DNA of 64,000 nt, from positions 6,379 to 70,378 of the forward strand of contig JAQUPL010000005.1 of the NCBI GenBank assembly GCA_028716565.1, given 5' to 3'. Position numbers and translations under genes: made by a program. The notes below the pieces were generated by a model. It was not told the origin of the DNA. It saw only the letters and a program-made list of their open reading frames with translations, and did no database searches. This DNA comes from Candidatus Omnitrophota bacterium (GTDB lineage: Bacteria > Omnitrophota > Gorgyraeia > Pluralincolimonadales > Pluralincolimonadaceae). Below are positions 32,444-41,861 of this stretch, piece by piece; within the stretch, counting starts at the first letter, position 1; each line of letters begins with the position of its first letter.

Positions 32444-33565
32444 ATGTTAATGCTTAAAGAGATAAAAAAATCCAGAAGTTACGTGTTGGCGTTATGTGTG
32501 CATATAGTGATATTGCTGATCATAGGAAATATTCTGATAATGAAGCCCCAGGTAAGACAGGCGTTCTTTGAGGGAAAAATACTATCTTCAAAAGATGTTA
32601 ATTTTCAGCGGGCTAAGTTCAAACCGGAAGTAAAACTGCCGCAGGAGGCGGCTACTTCGCCGACGAAAGAAATAACCACGCCGGAACAAAAACCCCTCGC
32701 GGTCGATAGGCCTCTCGAGCTCCCGGCTCCGGCTATTGCCAAAACCCCTGAATTGGTGCCCGGGGAGATGAAAATAGGGGAACGCAAGGAGGTGATATCC
32801 GCAAAACCCTCCCGCGCGTCGTTAGATTTTTCCTCAAAGGCCCGGGTAACCGGAAGCGGCGGTTCGATAAAAGGCACTTTCACCTTTCCTATCTCTACCT
32901 ACTCCGATTGGGATAACGACCCTTCGACGATCCCGAACTTAATGAACGAGTTCGGCAGGAGGACGAAAGTCAAAGTTTCCATCGACCAGCAGCCCATCAA
33001 TTTCGGGAATAAGGAAAAGATTTTTCAATACCCGTTGATATATATGAATGGTCATCAAAGTTTTAGTTTTACACAGGATGATGCGGATACCATCCGTGAG
33101 TATCTTAAGCGCGGCGGCTTTTTATTCATTGTAAACGATAATGCGAAAGGCGGAGCTTTCGAAGACTCGCTTTACAAAGAGATGAAAAAGATCCTCCCCG
33201 GTTCTGAGTTTCAAAAAGTCCCGATGAGCCACCCGATATATCATATTTTTTATGATTTTAAAGGCGATAGGCTGCCGGATGGTTTATATAAAAATTTACC
33301 GCCGGAAGGGTACGCGATTTATTACGGCGATAGAATGGTCGTTTATTATCTGGCGACCGGAGACGTTTGCGATGGTTGGACAGAAGCGGAAGGATCCAGA
33401 TGGCCAGGAACAAGATACATCCCGACCCAAAGTCATAATTTCGGAAAGCTTTCTAATCAAGGCCCCGGTATCGGTTCCGGAGAAGGTGCCGGAGAAGAGG
33501 GAATAGAAAATTCCTTCAAGATAGGAGTAAACGTTCTTGTTTATATCCTTTCGAATATGCCATAA
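32444..33565 (+). CDS. TonB/TolA-like anchored protein: N-terminal TM, Pro-rich spacer, C-terminal DUF4159-like globular domain (assignment tentative)
   Basis: single N-terminal TM, KPEVKLPQEAATSPTKEITTPEQKPLAVDRPLELPAPAIAKTPELVP spacer; C-terminal ~200 aa does not look like TonB C-terminal domain. Confidence 0.5.
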   Translation: MLMLKEIKKSRSYVLALCVHIVILLIIGNILIMKPQVRQAFFEGKILSSKDVNFQRAKFKPEVKLPQEAATSPTKEITTPEQKPLAVDRPLELPAPAIAKTPELVPGEMKIGERKEVISAKPSRASLDFSSKARVTGSGGSIKGTFTFPISTYSDWDNDPSTIPNLMNEFGRRTKVKVSIDQQPINFGNKEKIFQYPLIYMNGHQSFSFTQDDADTIREYLKRGGFLFIVNDNAKGGAFEDSLYKEMKKILPGSEFQKVPMSHPIYHIFYDFKGDRLPDGLYKNLPPEGYAIYYGDRMVVYYLATGDVCDGWTEAEGSRWPGTRYIPTQSHNFGKLSNQGPGIGSGEGAGEEGIENSFKIGVNVLVYILSNMP

Positions 33566-33594
33566 TTAAAGAAATTAAAGCGATTTTCCCCGCC

Positions 33595-33623
33595 TTGACA
33601 ATTCTAACCCTATGTGATATACT
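33595..33623 (+). promoter_or_regulatory. near-consensus promoter TTGACA-17bp-TATACT upstream of cvpA
   Basis: TTGACA 33595-33600, TATACT 33618-33623; AGGAG 33638-33642; TTG start 33650. Confidence 0.6.
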
Positions 33624-33649
33624 TGGTTACAAATATCAGGAGAATTATC

Positions 33650-34183
33650 TTGCCAGAAGTTTTCCAGCGTATCAATTGGGTCGATGTCCTGATCGTAATT
33701 CTTTTATTTAGAACGAGTTATATTGGAGCGCGTAACGGACTTTCCGAAGAGCTCTTCAGGATAATAGGCGTCTTGATGGGCCTCTTTTTTTCGATCAAGT
33801 TCTATTCCTTGATCGGAAGCCGCATTAATTCCACCATGGCCCTTCCGCAGGAATATGTCGACGGCGCAACTTTTTTAATACTAATTTTACTGTCTATGTT
33901 AAGTTTGAAATTAGTAAGCCTTGGCTTGACCAAGATAGTTAAGTTGGCTTTCGCCGACAAGATAGATAAATGGGGCGGGTTCCTGGCGGGTTTATTCCGG
34001 GGCGCGGTCCTGATGAGCCTGCTGTTCATGTTCTTCAGCATCATCCAGGCCGATTACCTGGTAAAGTCGGTCGAGGAGCGTTCCCTGACAGGTCCCTACG
34101 TAGCGAAGATAGCGCCCAACGTATATCAGGTCGTAGCGAGGACTTCCCCGGAAATCGTAAAAGCTCTTCCGAAGGTGAAGTAA
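33650..34183 (+). CDS. cvpA: CvpA family membrane protein (colicin V production protein homolog)
   Basis: 4 TM small membrane protein with CvpA-like N-terminus WVDVLIV; TTG start 33650 preferred because ORF-track GTG 33614 lies inside the -10 box. Confidence 0.65.
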   Translation: MPEVFQRINWVDVLIVILLFRTSYIGARNGLSEELFRIIGVLMGLFFSIKFYSLIGSRINSTMALPQEYVDGATFLILILLSMLSLKLVSLGLTKIVKLAFADKIDKWGGFLAGLFRGAVLMSLLFMFFSIIQADYLVKSVEERSLTGPYVAKIAPNVYQVVARTSPEIVKALPKVK

Positions 34184-34219
34184 GCAACTCATTTTTCGAT
34201 AAGACCACAGGAGGGTAAA

Positions 34220-35173
34220 TTGAAGTTATCTAAATTATATGATTTCGCGGTAAAGGAAGGTATGGCCGCCGACCCGCGCGGCAAGGAAGCGATCGCGAAA
34301 GCGCTCGCCAGGGTCAGGAAAGAATACGAGTCGCTTAAGGAGAAGGACAAAGAATTTTTCGATAAGGAAAAACTTACCAATCCCTACGCGGACACGCGCG
34401 TATTGAACGGCGCGGGTTCGGCAGAGATAAAGAAAGCGCTCGTCGGAGTGGATATGGAAGTGGGCGAGGTCCTGCTTGCCGACAGGTTGAGGGAAAAGGG
34501 AAGGAAGATAGACCTCATACTCTCGCATCATCCCGAGGGGAGCGCGTTGGCCAATTTTTACGAAGTGATGAACATGCAGCCGGATATCTGGTACAAATTC
34601 GGCATTCCCATAAATACCGCCGAAGGGCTCATGAGGGACAGGATAAAGGAAGTCGAGCGCCGTGTATTAGCCGGGAACCACACGAGGGCGGTCGACGCCG
34701 CGAAACTCCTCGGGATCCCTATGATGTGCATCCATACGCCGGCCGATAACCATGTCACAAGCTATCTCCAGAAGATCTTTGACAGCAAAAAACCCGAAGC
34801 ATTGGCCGAAGTGGTCGAGATATTGAGGGAGATACCGGAATACAGGAACGCGGCGAAACGCAACGCCGGTCCGAAGATACTTTTCGGCGAGCCGAGGAAC
34901 AGGCCGGGCAGGATATTCGTGGATATGACCGGCGGGACCGAGGGGCCGAAGGATATGTTCGAGAAGCTCGAGGCCGCAGGCGTCGGGACGATAATCTGCA
35001 TGCACCTCGGAGAAGATCATTTCAAGAATGTCCAGAAGGGCCACCTGAATATCGTGATAGCCGGGCATATCTCAAGCGATAACCTCGGCTTGAACCTCCT
35101 TTTCGACAAGGTCGCGAAAGAGGATAAGATCGAGTTCATCGGCTGTTCGGGATTCGAAAGGATAAGCCGTTAG
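34220..35173 (+). CDS. Nif3-like dinuclear metal center protein (YqfO/YbgI family)
   Basis: SHHPEG and later HT/H-rich metal-ligand segments; conserved position next to dnaG-rpoD as in Bacillus; TTG start. Confidence 0.6.
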   Translation: MKLSKLYDFAVKEGMAADPRGKEAIAKALARVRKEYESLKEKDKEFFDKEKLTNPYADTRVLNGAGSAEIKKALVGVDMEVGEVLLADRLREKGRKIDLILSHHPEGSALANFYEVMNMQPDIWYKFGIPINTAEGLMRDRIKEVERRVLAGNHTRAVDAAKLLGIPMMCIHTPADNHVTSYLQKIFDSKKPEALAEVVEILREIPEYRNAAKRNAGPKILFGEPRNRPGRIFVDMTGGTEGPKDMFEKLEAAGVGTIICMHLGEDHFKNVQKGHLNIVIAGHISSDNLGLNLLFDKVAKEDKIEFIGCSGFERISR

Positions 35174-35177
35174 CGTA

Positions 35178-36950
35178 ATGGCGTTCTCGGAACAGGTCTT
35201 AGAAGAGATACAAAGCAAAGCCGATATAGTCGAGATAGTCGGGAGTTACATCCCGTTAAGGCGCGCCGGAAGGAACTATAAGGCGAACTGCCCTTTCCAT
35301 AAAGAGAAGACCCCGTCCTTTATGGTCAGCCCCTCGAAACAGATATTCCATTGCTTCGGATGCGGAGCCGGAGGCAACGTCTTCGGTTTCGTGATGAAGA
35401 TGGAGAATATAGACTTCCCGGAAGCGGTCAGGACGATCGCGGAAAAGGCGGGCGTAGAATTGCCGCGTTTTACCCGGGCACAGTTTGAGACGAGCGGATA
35501 CGCCCTCCAGATATATAAGCTGAACGAATTGGCGGCCTCTTTTTACTCGTCGATGCTTTCAGGGACCGATGCCGGCAGGCGCGCCGCCTCTTACCTCAAG
35601 GAACGCGGCGTAAGCGATGAGGTTATCGCGAAGGCCAAGCTGGGATTCGCGCCTGACGACTGGAGCGGCCTCATAAATTTCGCGAAGAGCAAAGGGGTAA
35701 GCATTGAGCTTCTTGAGCGCGCCGGTCTGGTCATGCCGCGCGAAGGCGGCGGCCATTACGACAGGTTCCGTAACAAGATAATGTTCCCGATCTTCGACAT
35801 CAAGAACAGGGTCGTGGCGTTCGGGGCGAGGGTGCTGGACGATTCGACCCCGAAATACATAAATTCCCCGGAGACGGAAGTATATATAAAAAGCAGGCAT
35901 CTCTACGGGTTTAATTTTTCGATACAGGCGGTAAAGGAGAAGGATTTCTGCATAATAGTTGAGGGTTATCTCGATTTCCTGGTCCCGTACCAGAACGGGA
36001 TCACGAACATAGCCGCCTCGCTCGGCACCAGCCTTACCGAACTCCAGGCGAGGCTGATAAAGAGATACACCAAGAACGTCGTCATGCTCTACGACGGCGA
36101 TTCGGCCGGGGAAGCGGCATCGCTGCGCGGCCTCGATATATTCCTGCAGGAGGGGATGCAGGTCAGGGTCGCGACGCTGCCGAAGGGCTGCGACCCGGAC
36201 TCGTTCGTGAGAAGCAAGGGCGCCGGGGAGTTCGATTCACTGATAGCCGGAGCCGCGGACCTTTTTGATTATAAATTGGGTGTCCTCTCCGCTAGATACG
36301 ACGCGAAGAGATCGTCGGATAAGGCGAAGATGTGCGCCGAGATGCTGCCGACGATCGCGAAAGTGGCCGATGCGGTCCTGAAATCCGAATATGTGAAAAG
36401 GCTCGGCGAGAGGCTGCAGGTGAGCGAAGGGGCGTTGCTTTCGGAGTTGAAAAAGGTCAGGCCTGACCGTGAATATGAGCCTTCGGAAGAGTTCTCTTCA
36501 TCGTCCGGGAAGTCTAAGGCGGCGATGGCTGAGAAGATAATAATAGGGCTAATGCTCGACGACCCCGGTACGATCGCCCAGGTAAAGGAAACTTTGAAGC
36601 CCGAAGATTTCACTGACGAGGGGACGCGGAAAATAGCGGAAGAGATCTTCAGTTCATACGGGGACGGCAAATCTTTCAAGCCGGCCCAGTTGATAAATAA
36701 ACTAGCGGAGACCGACCTGACCATGCTTATAGCTGAAGCTACGAGCCTTACGGACGATATAAAAGACAAGCCCAAGAACCTCGCGGATTGCATAAGATGG
36801 ATGAGGTGCAATAACTCGAAGTCGAGGCTCTCGGAACTGCAGAATTTGATAAAGGCAGCGCAGATGATGGGCGACGAGAAACGGGTCACCCAGCTGGTCG
36901 CGGAATACAGCGGCCTGGTAAAATGCCAAAAGGATTTCGCAAGGAGATGA
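35178..36950 (+). CDS. dnaG: DNA primase
   Basis: zinc ribbon [11 protein letters not shown]...CFGCG, TOPRIM domain EGYLD...YDGDSAG. Confidence 0.92.
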   Translation: MAFSEQVLEEIQSKADIVEIVGSYIPLRRAGRNYKANCPFHKEKTPSFMVSPSKQIFHCFGCGAGGNVFGFVMKMENIDFPEAVRTIAEKAGVELPRFTRAQFETSGYALQIYKLNELAASFYSSMLSGTDAGRRAASYLKERGVSDEVIAKAKLGFAPDDWSGLINFAKSKGVSIELLERAGLVMPREGGGHYDRFRNKIMFPIFDIKNRVVAFGARVLDDSTPKYINSPETEVYIKSRHLYGFNFSIQAVKEKDFCIIVEGYLDFLVPYQNGITNIAASLGTSLTELQARLIKRYTKNVVMLYDGDSAGEAASLRGLDIFLQEGMQVRVATLPKGCDPDSFVRSKGAGEFDSLIAGAADLFDYKLGVLSARYDAKRSSDKAKMCAEMLPTIAKVADAVLKSEYVKRLGERLQVSEGALLSELKKVRPDREYEPSEEFSSSSGKSKAAMAEKIIIGLMLDDPGTIAQVKETLKPEDFTDEGTRKIAEEIFSSYGDGKSFKPAQLINKLAETDLTMLIAEATSLTDDIKDKPKNLADCIRWMRCNNSKSRLSELQNLIKAAQMMGDEKRVTQLVAEYSGLVKCQKDFARR

Positions 36951-38566
36951 AGGCCGTGAAGAAGACGACTAAGAAGACAGCGAAGAAGGCCGATATAAGG
37001 AAAAGGATAAAAGGCCTCGAGAAGCTTATAGCGCTCGGCAAGGAGAAAGGGCACCTCACTTTCGAGGAGGTCAATAACCTGCTGCCGGAAGAGGTCACTT
37101 CGTCCGAGGACATCGACGAGATCTTTGCCGTTCTCGACAAGGAGAAGATCGAGATAATCGACGCCGACGAGGAGAAGGAGCTCAAAGAGGAAGGCCTCGA
37201 GGAAGAGGAGGAGAAGGTCCATAAGCCGGAACCCGAGGCGGAAGAGATCCCTCGCATGGCCCAGATGGAAGACCCTGTCCGCATGTACCTCAAACAGATG
37301 GGGCAGATCTCTCTTTTGACGCGCGAGCAGGAATTGGAACTTGCCAAGAAGATCAAGGAAGCCGAGATGCGGTTCAGGGAGGCGGTCTTCGAATGCTGTT
37401 TCTGCAGGAAAGAGGTCCTGCGGCTCGTCAACGATATCCTCGCCAGGCAGGTCAATATAGACGAGGTCGTGGATATAGACCCTACCGACAAGATCGAGAA
37501 GGTGGTAAAGAAGATCCAGCGGCTGATGAAGAGGCTGCGCGGCGCGAAAAAGACCACCAACCTCGTCCCGCTTTTGATGGAATTCAGGTTCTCGACCTCG
37601 GTCGTGGAAGACCTCGCCGCGAAGATGAAGTACCTGCTGTATGAGATAGAGAAGATCGACAGGGATGTCATTAGGTTGAGCGGCAAGGGTTCGCGCGGCC
37701 AGATATCCGGGCTCAAGGAGAGGAAGCGTCAGGTAATAAGGGATTTCGGCGAGCCGCTGCTCAGGATAAAGGACCGCATAGCGTATATAAGGAGGCGCGA
37801 GAGGCAGTTCGAGAGCGCGCAGAAGAAACTCGTCGAGGCCAATTTAAGGCTTGTTGTTTCGATCGCGAAGAAATACACGAACAGGGGGCTCTCGTTCCTC
37901 GACCTCATCCAGGAGGGCAATATCGGGCTCATGCGCGCGGTCGATAAGTTCGAATACGAGAGGGGATATAAATTTTCCACATACGCCACATGGTGGATAA
38001 GGCAGGCGATCACGCGCGCGATCGCCGACCAAGCGCGCACCATCCGCATCCCGGTCCATATGACCGAGACGATAAACAAGCTCATCCGCGTATCGCGCAA
38101 CCTGGTGCAGGAGACCGGCCGCGAGCCGTTGCCTGAAGAGATCGCGCATTCGATGAGAATGGCTACTGAGAAGGTCCGCGGCATTTTAAAGATAGCGCAG
38201 GAGCCGATATCACTGCAGACGCCTGTCGGCGACGAGGGCGACACGCACTTCGGGGATTTCATAGAAGACAAGAGGGCTATATCGCCGGCTAACGCGACCG
38301 CTTATTCGATGCTGAAGGAACAGCTCGAGGATGTCCTGACGACGCTCACCGAAAGGGAGAAGAAGGTCCTGAAGCTCCGTTTCGGGATAGGCGACGGCTG
38401 CCCGCGCACCCTCGAAGAAGTGGGTTCGATATTCAACGTCACTCGCGAGAGGGTAAGGCAGATAGAGGCGAAGGCGCTGCGCAAATTACGCCATCCTATA
38501 CGTTCCAAGAAACTCAAGACCTTCCTCGAAATGGGCCTTGGTCTGGGTGAAGAGAATACCACGTAA
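36923..38566 (+). CDS. rpoD: RNA polymerase sigma factor RpoD (sigma70)
   Basis: regions 1.2-4.2 including [34 protein letters not shown]; acidic region 1.1; alternative in-frame ATG at 36947. Confidence 0.92.
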   Translation: MPKGFRKEMKAVKKTTKKTAKKADIRKRIKGLEKLIALGKEKGHLTFEEVNNLLPEEVTSSEDIDEIFAVLDKEKIEIIDADEEKELKEEGLEEEEEKVHKPEPEAEEIPRMAQMEDPVRMYLKQMGQISLLTREQELELAKKIKEAEMRFREAVFECCFCRKEVLRLVNDILARQVNIDEVVDIDPTDKIEKVVKKIQRLMKRLRGAKKTTNLVPLLMEFRFSTSVVEDLAAKMKYLLYEIEKIDRDVIRLSGKGSRGQISGLKERKRQVIRDFGEPLLRIKDRIAYIRRRERQFESAQKKLVEANLRLVVSIAKKYTNRGLSFLDLIQEGNIGLMRAVDKFEYERGYKFSTYATWWIRQAITRAIADQARTIRIPVHMTETINKLIRVSRNLVQETGREPLPEEIAHSMRMATEKVRGILKIAQEPISLQTPVGDEGDTHFGDFIEDKRAISPANATAYSMLKEQLEDVLTTLTEREKKVLKLRFGIGDGCPRTLEEVGSIFNVTRERVRQIEAKALRKLRHPIRSKKLKTFLEMGLGLGEENTT

Positions 38567-38586
38567 TAGTAGCAATTGTTAAACTT

Positions 38587-40020
38587 GTGCCTGGCATGAA
38601 AACGAAAAGATGGGTAATTCTGCGCAGGACATCGCAGGCGGTTTTTTTCCTTTTTTTCGTCTACGTACTGTGGTCGACGACATATCCGCTTAACGGCCCG
38701 GTCTCTCCCCGGCTGTTATTTAAGATCGATCCCCTCATCATAATATTCACTTCGGTAAGCGGAAGGGTTCTACTTCCGGGCCTTTTATTTGCCGCCGCGA
38801 TGCTCGCGCTTACGCTGGTATTCGGGAGGTTCTTCTGCGGATGGCTGTGCCCGCTGGGCTCGACGATAGACCTCGTTGGTTGGCTACGCAGAAAAGGCTG
38901 TTTGAAAAGGGAAGAGAAAGATGCGGTCAACGCGAAAGCCCGAAAACCAAAATTCTTTATCCTTGCCGCGATAGCGGTATCCGCGGCGGCGGGTCTTCAA
39001 CTGGCATGGGTATTCGACCCGCTGGTCATATTTGCGAGGTTCGTCTCGCTTAACCTCATCCCCATCGTCACACCGGGTATAAACCCGCATTTCTTCTCGC
39101 ATTCTTTTCCCATTTTTATGTATTTCGCCGTAATATGCGGGCTGGCGCTTTTTATACCGCGCCTGTGGTGCAGGTCGTTTTGCCCCCTGGGCGCCATATA
39201 TGCGCTTACCGCGAAAGCGGCCCTATTGGGGCGGACGGTCAAAGAATGCAAGAACTGCAAAAAATGCAAGAGCGGCTGCCGGATGGGCGCCATAAGGGAC
39301 GATTCGAGTTATTCGAAGGGCGAGTGCGTCCTTTGTATGGATTGCATCTACGATTGCCCTGCGAATACCACCCGCTTCGAATGGCCGGCCGGAAATAAGA
39401 TCTGTCCCGCAGCCGGGCCGGCGGAAAAAGAGGGGATAACCAGGCGGGATTTCCTGCTCCTGTCGTCATTGGCCGTATCTTCCTTGGGTTTTAAGTTCGA
39501 CATGCTGCGTTCCGGGAGAGAGAGGAAAGTGATAAGGCCGCCTGCCGCGCTGGAAGAGAGCGAATTCATAGACCGCTGCGTTAGGTGCGGCAACTGCATG
39601 AAGGTCTGCCCGACGAACGGCCTCCAGCCGGTCTCATTCCAATCGGGCATAGAGGGCGTCTGGACGCCGCAGCTCGTCCCTGAGATAGGATATTGCGAAT
39701 ACAATTGCACGCTTTGCGGCAGGACCTGCCCGACCGGGGCGATACGCGGGGTCTCATTGGAGGTAAAGCATGAGACGCGGTTAGGGCTCGCGGCGGTCGA
39801 CCGTTCGATATGCATCGCCTGGGCCGAGAACAAACAATGCGTCGTCTGCGAGGAGCATTGCCCGGTGGCCGAAAAGGCCATAAAATTAAAGAGGGACACT
39901 ATAAACGGCGTCGAAGTATTAAGGCCGCTTGTCGACGGGAACCTTTGCGTAGGATGCGGGGCATGCCAGAACAAATGCCCCACGCGCCCGGTCCGGGCGA
40001 TAAGGGTCACGCCGTTTTAA
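38587..40020 (+). CDS. membrane-bound polyferredoxin (NapH/MauN/CcoG-like 4Fe-4S protein)
   Basis: TM N-terminus with two CxxxCP motifs (FFCGWLCPLG, CRSFCPLGA) and >=5 CxxCxxCxxxCP ferredoxin motifs C-terminally. Confidence 0.75.
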   Translation: MPGMKTKRWVILRRTSQAVFFLFFVYVLWSTTYPLNGPVSPRLLFKIDPLIIIFTSVSGRVLLPGLLFAAAMLALTLVFGRFFCGWLCPLGSTIDLVGWLRRKGCLKREEKDAVNAKARKPKFFILAAIAVSAAAGLQLAWVFDPLVIFARFVSLNLIPIVTPGINPHFFSHSFPIFMYFAVICGLALFIPRLWCRSFCPLGAIYALTAKAALLGRTVKECKNCKKCKSGCRMGAIRDDSSYSKGECVLCMDCIYDCPANTTRFEWPAGNKICPAAGPAEKEGITRRDFLLLSSLAVSSLGFKFDMLRSGRERKVIRPPAALEESEFIDRCVRCGNCMKVCPTNGLQPVSFQSGIEGVWTPQLVPEIGYCEYNCTLCGRTCPTGAIRGVSLEVKHETRLGLAAVDRSICIAWAENKQCVVCEEHCPVAEKAIKLKRDTINGVEVLRPLVDGNLCVGCGACQNKCPTRPVRAIRVTPF

Positions 40021-40136
40021 GGCCGCATTTTGAGCTTGCTAAAACCCCCCCAAAATAGTATCATAGTTATTTACTTTTCGTGAATCTACCGGGGCCATCC
40101 CGCGCTTCGCTGGGATTGGGCCAGGGTGTATTATAA

Positions 40137-40213
40137 GGGCCCATAGCTCAGTTGGTTAGAGCAGCTGACTCATAATCAGCGGGTCATAGGTTCAAGTCCT
40201 ATTGGGCCCACCA
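40137..40213 (+). tRNA. tRNA with CAU anticodon (Met elongator or Ile2-lysidine type)
   Basis: cloverleaf: acceptor GGGCCCA/UGGGCCC, anticodon loop CUCAUAA, T-loop GGTTCAAGTCC, 3' CCA encoded. Confidence 0.85.
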
Positions 40214-40235
40214 TTTTCACCAGTGAGCTAAAGAC

Positions 40236-40312
40236 GGGCGATTGGCTCAGTTGGTTAGAGCGCCACATTCACATTGTGGAGGTCAAAGGTTCGAATCCTT
40301 TATCGCCCACCA
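40236..40312 (+). tRNA. tRNA-Val (CAC)
   Basis: acceptor GGGCGAU/AUCGCCC, anticodon stem CCACA/UGUGG with loop UUCACAU, T-loop GGTTCGAATCC, CCA encoded. Confidence 0.85.
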
Positions 40313-40342
40313 TAGCCATTTTACCGAACGCAGAAAGGCCGT

Positions 40343-41074
40343 ATGCAGAAGGTAAACGTCGAAGAACAGCTTGCGCATCTTATCAAATTGCAGGCCCTCG
40401 ACAGCAGGCTTTACAACCTGCGCAGGGACAGGAAGGCCAAGCCGAAATTGATACAGGACCTTGAGGTCCGCCGCAACGAGGAGCAGGCCGCGGTAAAGGC
40501 GATCGAGGAGAAGATAAAGGACAACCAGGTGAAACGCAAACAGCGTGAGCTCGACCTCTCGACGAAAGAAGAAGGCATTAAGAAGCTGCAGGCCCAGCTC
40601 TACCAGCTAAAGACCAACAAAGAATACCAGACGATGCAGCATGAGATCGAAGGGCAGAAGGCCGACAACTCGCGCATCGAGGACGAGATACTGGTATTTA
40701 TGGAAGAGGCGGAGAACCTGAACAAGGACCTCGGGAAAGAAAAAACGCTCTTTGCCGAGGCCGAGAAACACCTGAACGAGGACAAGAAGACGATAGAAGC
40801 GGAGATCGTTTCGCTCGACGGCGAGATCTCAACTCTCGAGACGCAGCGCAAGGATATAACCGCGCTGGTCGACAAGAAGGTCCTCGCCCACTATGAGAAG
40901 GTCCTCTCCGGCAGGGACGGCGTCGCGCTCTCCGCGGTGAAGGGGAAGTCGTGCCAGGGCTGTTTCATGAACCTCCCGCCCCAGGTCATAAACGAGATAA
41001 AGATGAAGGACAAGATAGTGACCTGCGAGAGCTGCGCGCGGATCCTTTATATCGAGAACGAGGCAGATGCGTAA
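40343..41074 (+). CDS. coiled-coil C4 zinc-ribbon protein (COG1579 family, HP0958-like)
   Basis: long coiled-coil then CQGCFMNLPPQ...CESCARILY zinc ribbon; classic neighbour of rnhA and Nif3. Confidence 0.65.
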   Translation: MQKVNVEEQLAHLIKLQALDSRLYNLRRDRKAKPKLIQDLEVRRNEEQAAVKAIEEKIKDNQVKRKQRELDLSTKEEGIKKLQAQLYQLKTNKEYQTMQHEIEGQKADNSRIEDEILVFMEEAENLNKDLGKEKTLFAEAEKHLNEDKKTIEAEIVSLDGEISTLETQRKDITALVDKKVLAHYEKVLSGRDGVALSAVKGKSCQGCFMNLPPQVINEIKMKDKIVTCESCARILYIENEADA

Positions 41075-41480
41075 ACGGCTGACCATATTCACGGACGGGG
41101 CTTGCCACGGAAACCCCGGGCCGTCCGGCGTGGGAGCAGTAATCCTCAACGATAAAGGCGAGACGGTAAAGAATATCTCGGAATATATCGGCGAGACGAC
41201 GAATAACGTCGCGGAATATATGGCGCTGATATACGGCCTCCAGCAGGCCTTGATTTTGAGGGCCGACGAGGTTATAATTAATACGGACTCCGAGCTTCTC
41301 GCGAAGCAGTTGAAGAAGGAATATAAGATAAAAGACGGTGACCTCAAGATATTGTACAGGCAAGTAGGCCACCTTCTCGGTGGATTCAAGAAAGTTGAAA
41401 TAAACCATATTGACCGCTCCGGGAACAAGGGGGCGGATAAGCTGGCGAATAAGGCGGTAGGGCAGGAATCGCTCTTTTAG
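41067..41480 (+). CDS. rnhA: ribonuclease HI
   Basis: IFTDGACHGNPGPSGVGAVI with catalytic D; TDSELL; overlaps upstream gene. Confidence 0.9.
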   Translation: MRKRLTIFTDGACHGNPGPSGVGAVILNDKGETVKNISEYIGETTNNVAEYMALIYGLQQALILRADEVIINTDSELLAKQLKKEYKIKDGDLKILYRQVGHLLGGFKKVEINHIDRSGNKGADKLANKAVGQESLF

Positions 41481-41492
41481 AATAACGGATTT

Positions 41493-41845
41493 GGGCAAGC
41501 CGGATGGCCGCTCCCGGAAACGGGGGAGGAAAGTCCGAGCTCCATAGAGCAGCGTAGCGGGTAATACCCGTCGTCCGTAAGGGCAGGATTAGAGCCACAG
41601 TGACGAACAATCCCAGGCGGGAGGCCTGACGGCCTCAACGCCGGGAAGAAGTGAAACGCGGCAATCTCTACGCGGAGCAAGGCCAAATAGGCGCATCTTT
41701 CGGGGTTGCTCGCCCCGGTCCCCGCAAGGGGTGGATGCGCGGGTTGGCTGCATGATCCCGCAGGTAACTGCGGGGCTAGATGGATGGCCACCGTCCCTGC
41801 GTTAGAACGCAGGGAGACAAAACTCGGCTTACAGGCTTGCCCGAT
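41493..41845 (+). ncRNA. rnpB: RNase P RNA (bacterial type A)
   Basis: GGAGGAAAGTCCGAGCTCCATAGAGCAG (P4 core), GGAGCAAGGCCAAATAGG, ACAAAACTCGGCTTA; P1 pairing GGGCAAGCC...GGCTTGCCC; T-tract after 3' end. Confidence 0.88.
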
Positions 41846-41861
41846 TTTTTTTAAAAAGGAA

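Noticed and set aside
40021-40136. Imperfect hairpin ATCCCGCG...CGCTGGGAT and TATTATAA box upstream of the tRNA genes
   Set aside because: The stem has mismatches and no T-tract, so it is not a convincing terminator. The TGtATTATA element may be the tRNA promoter -10, but the -35 is poor, so it is left unannotated.
40276-40464. 62-aa + strand ORF
   Set aside because: Begins inside tRNA-Val and overlaps the start of the zinc-ribbon gene; an artefact.
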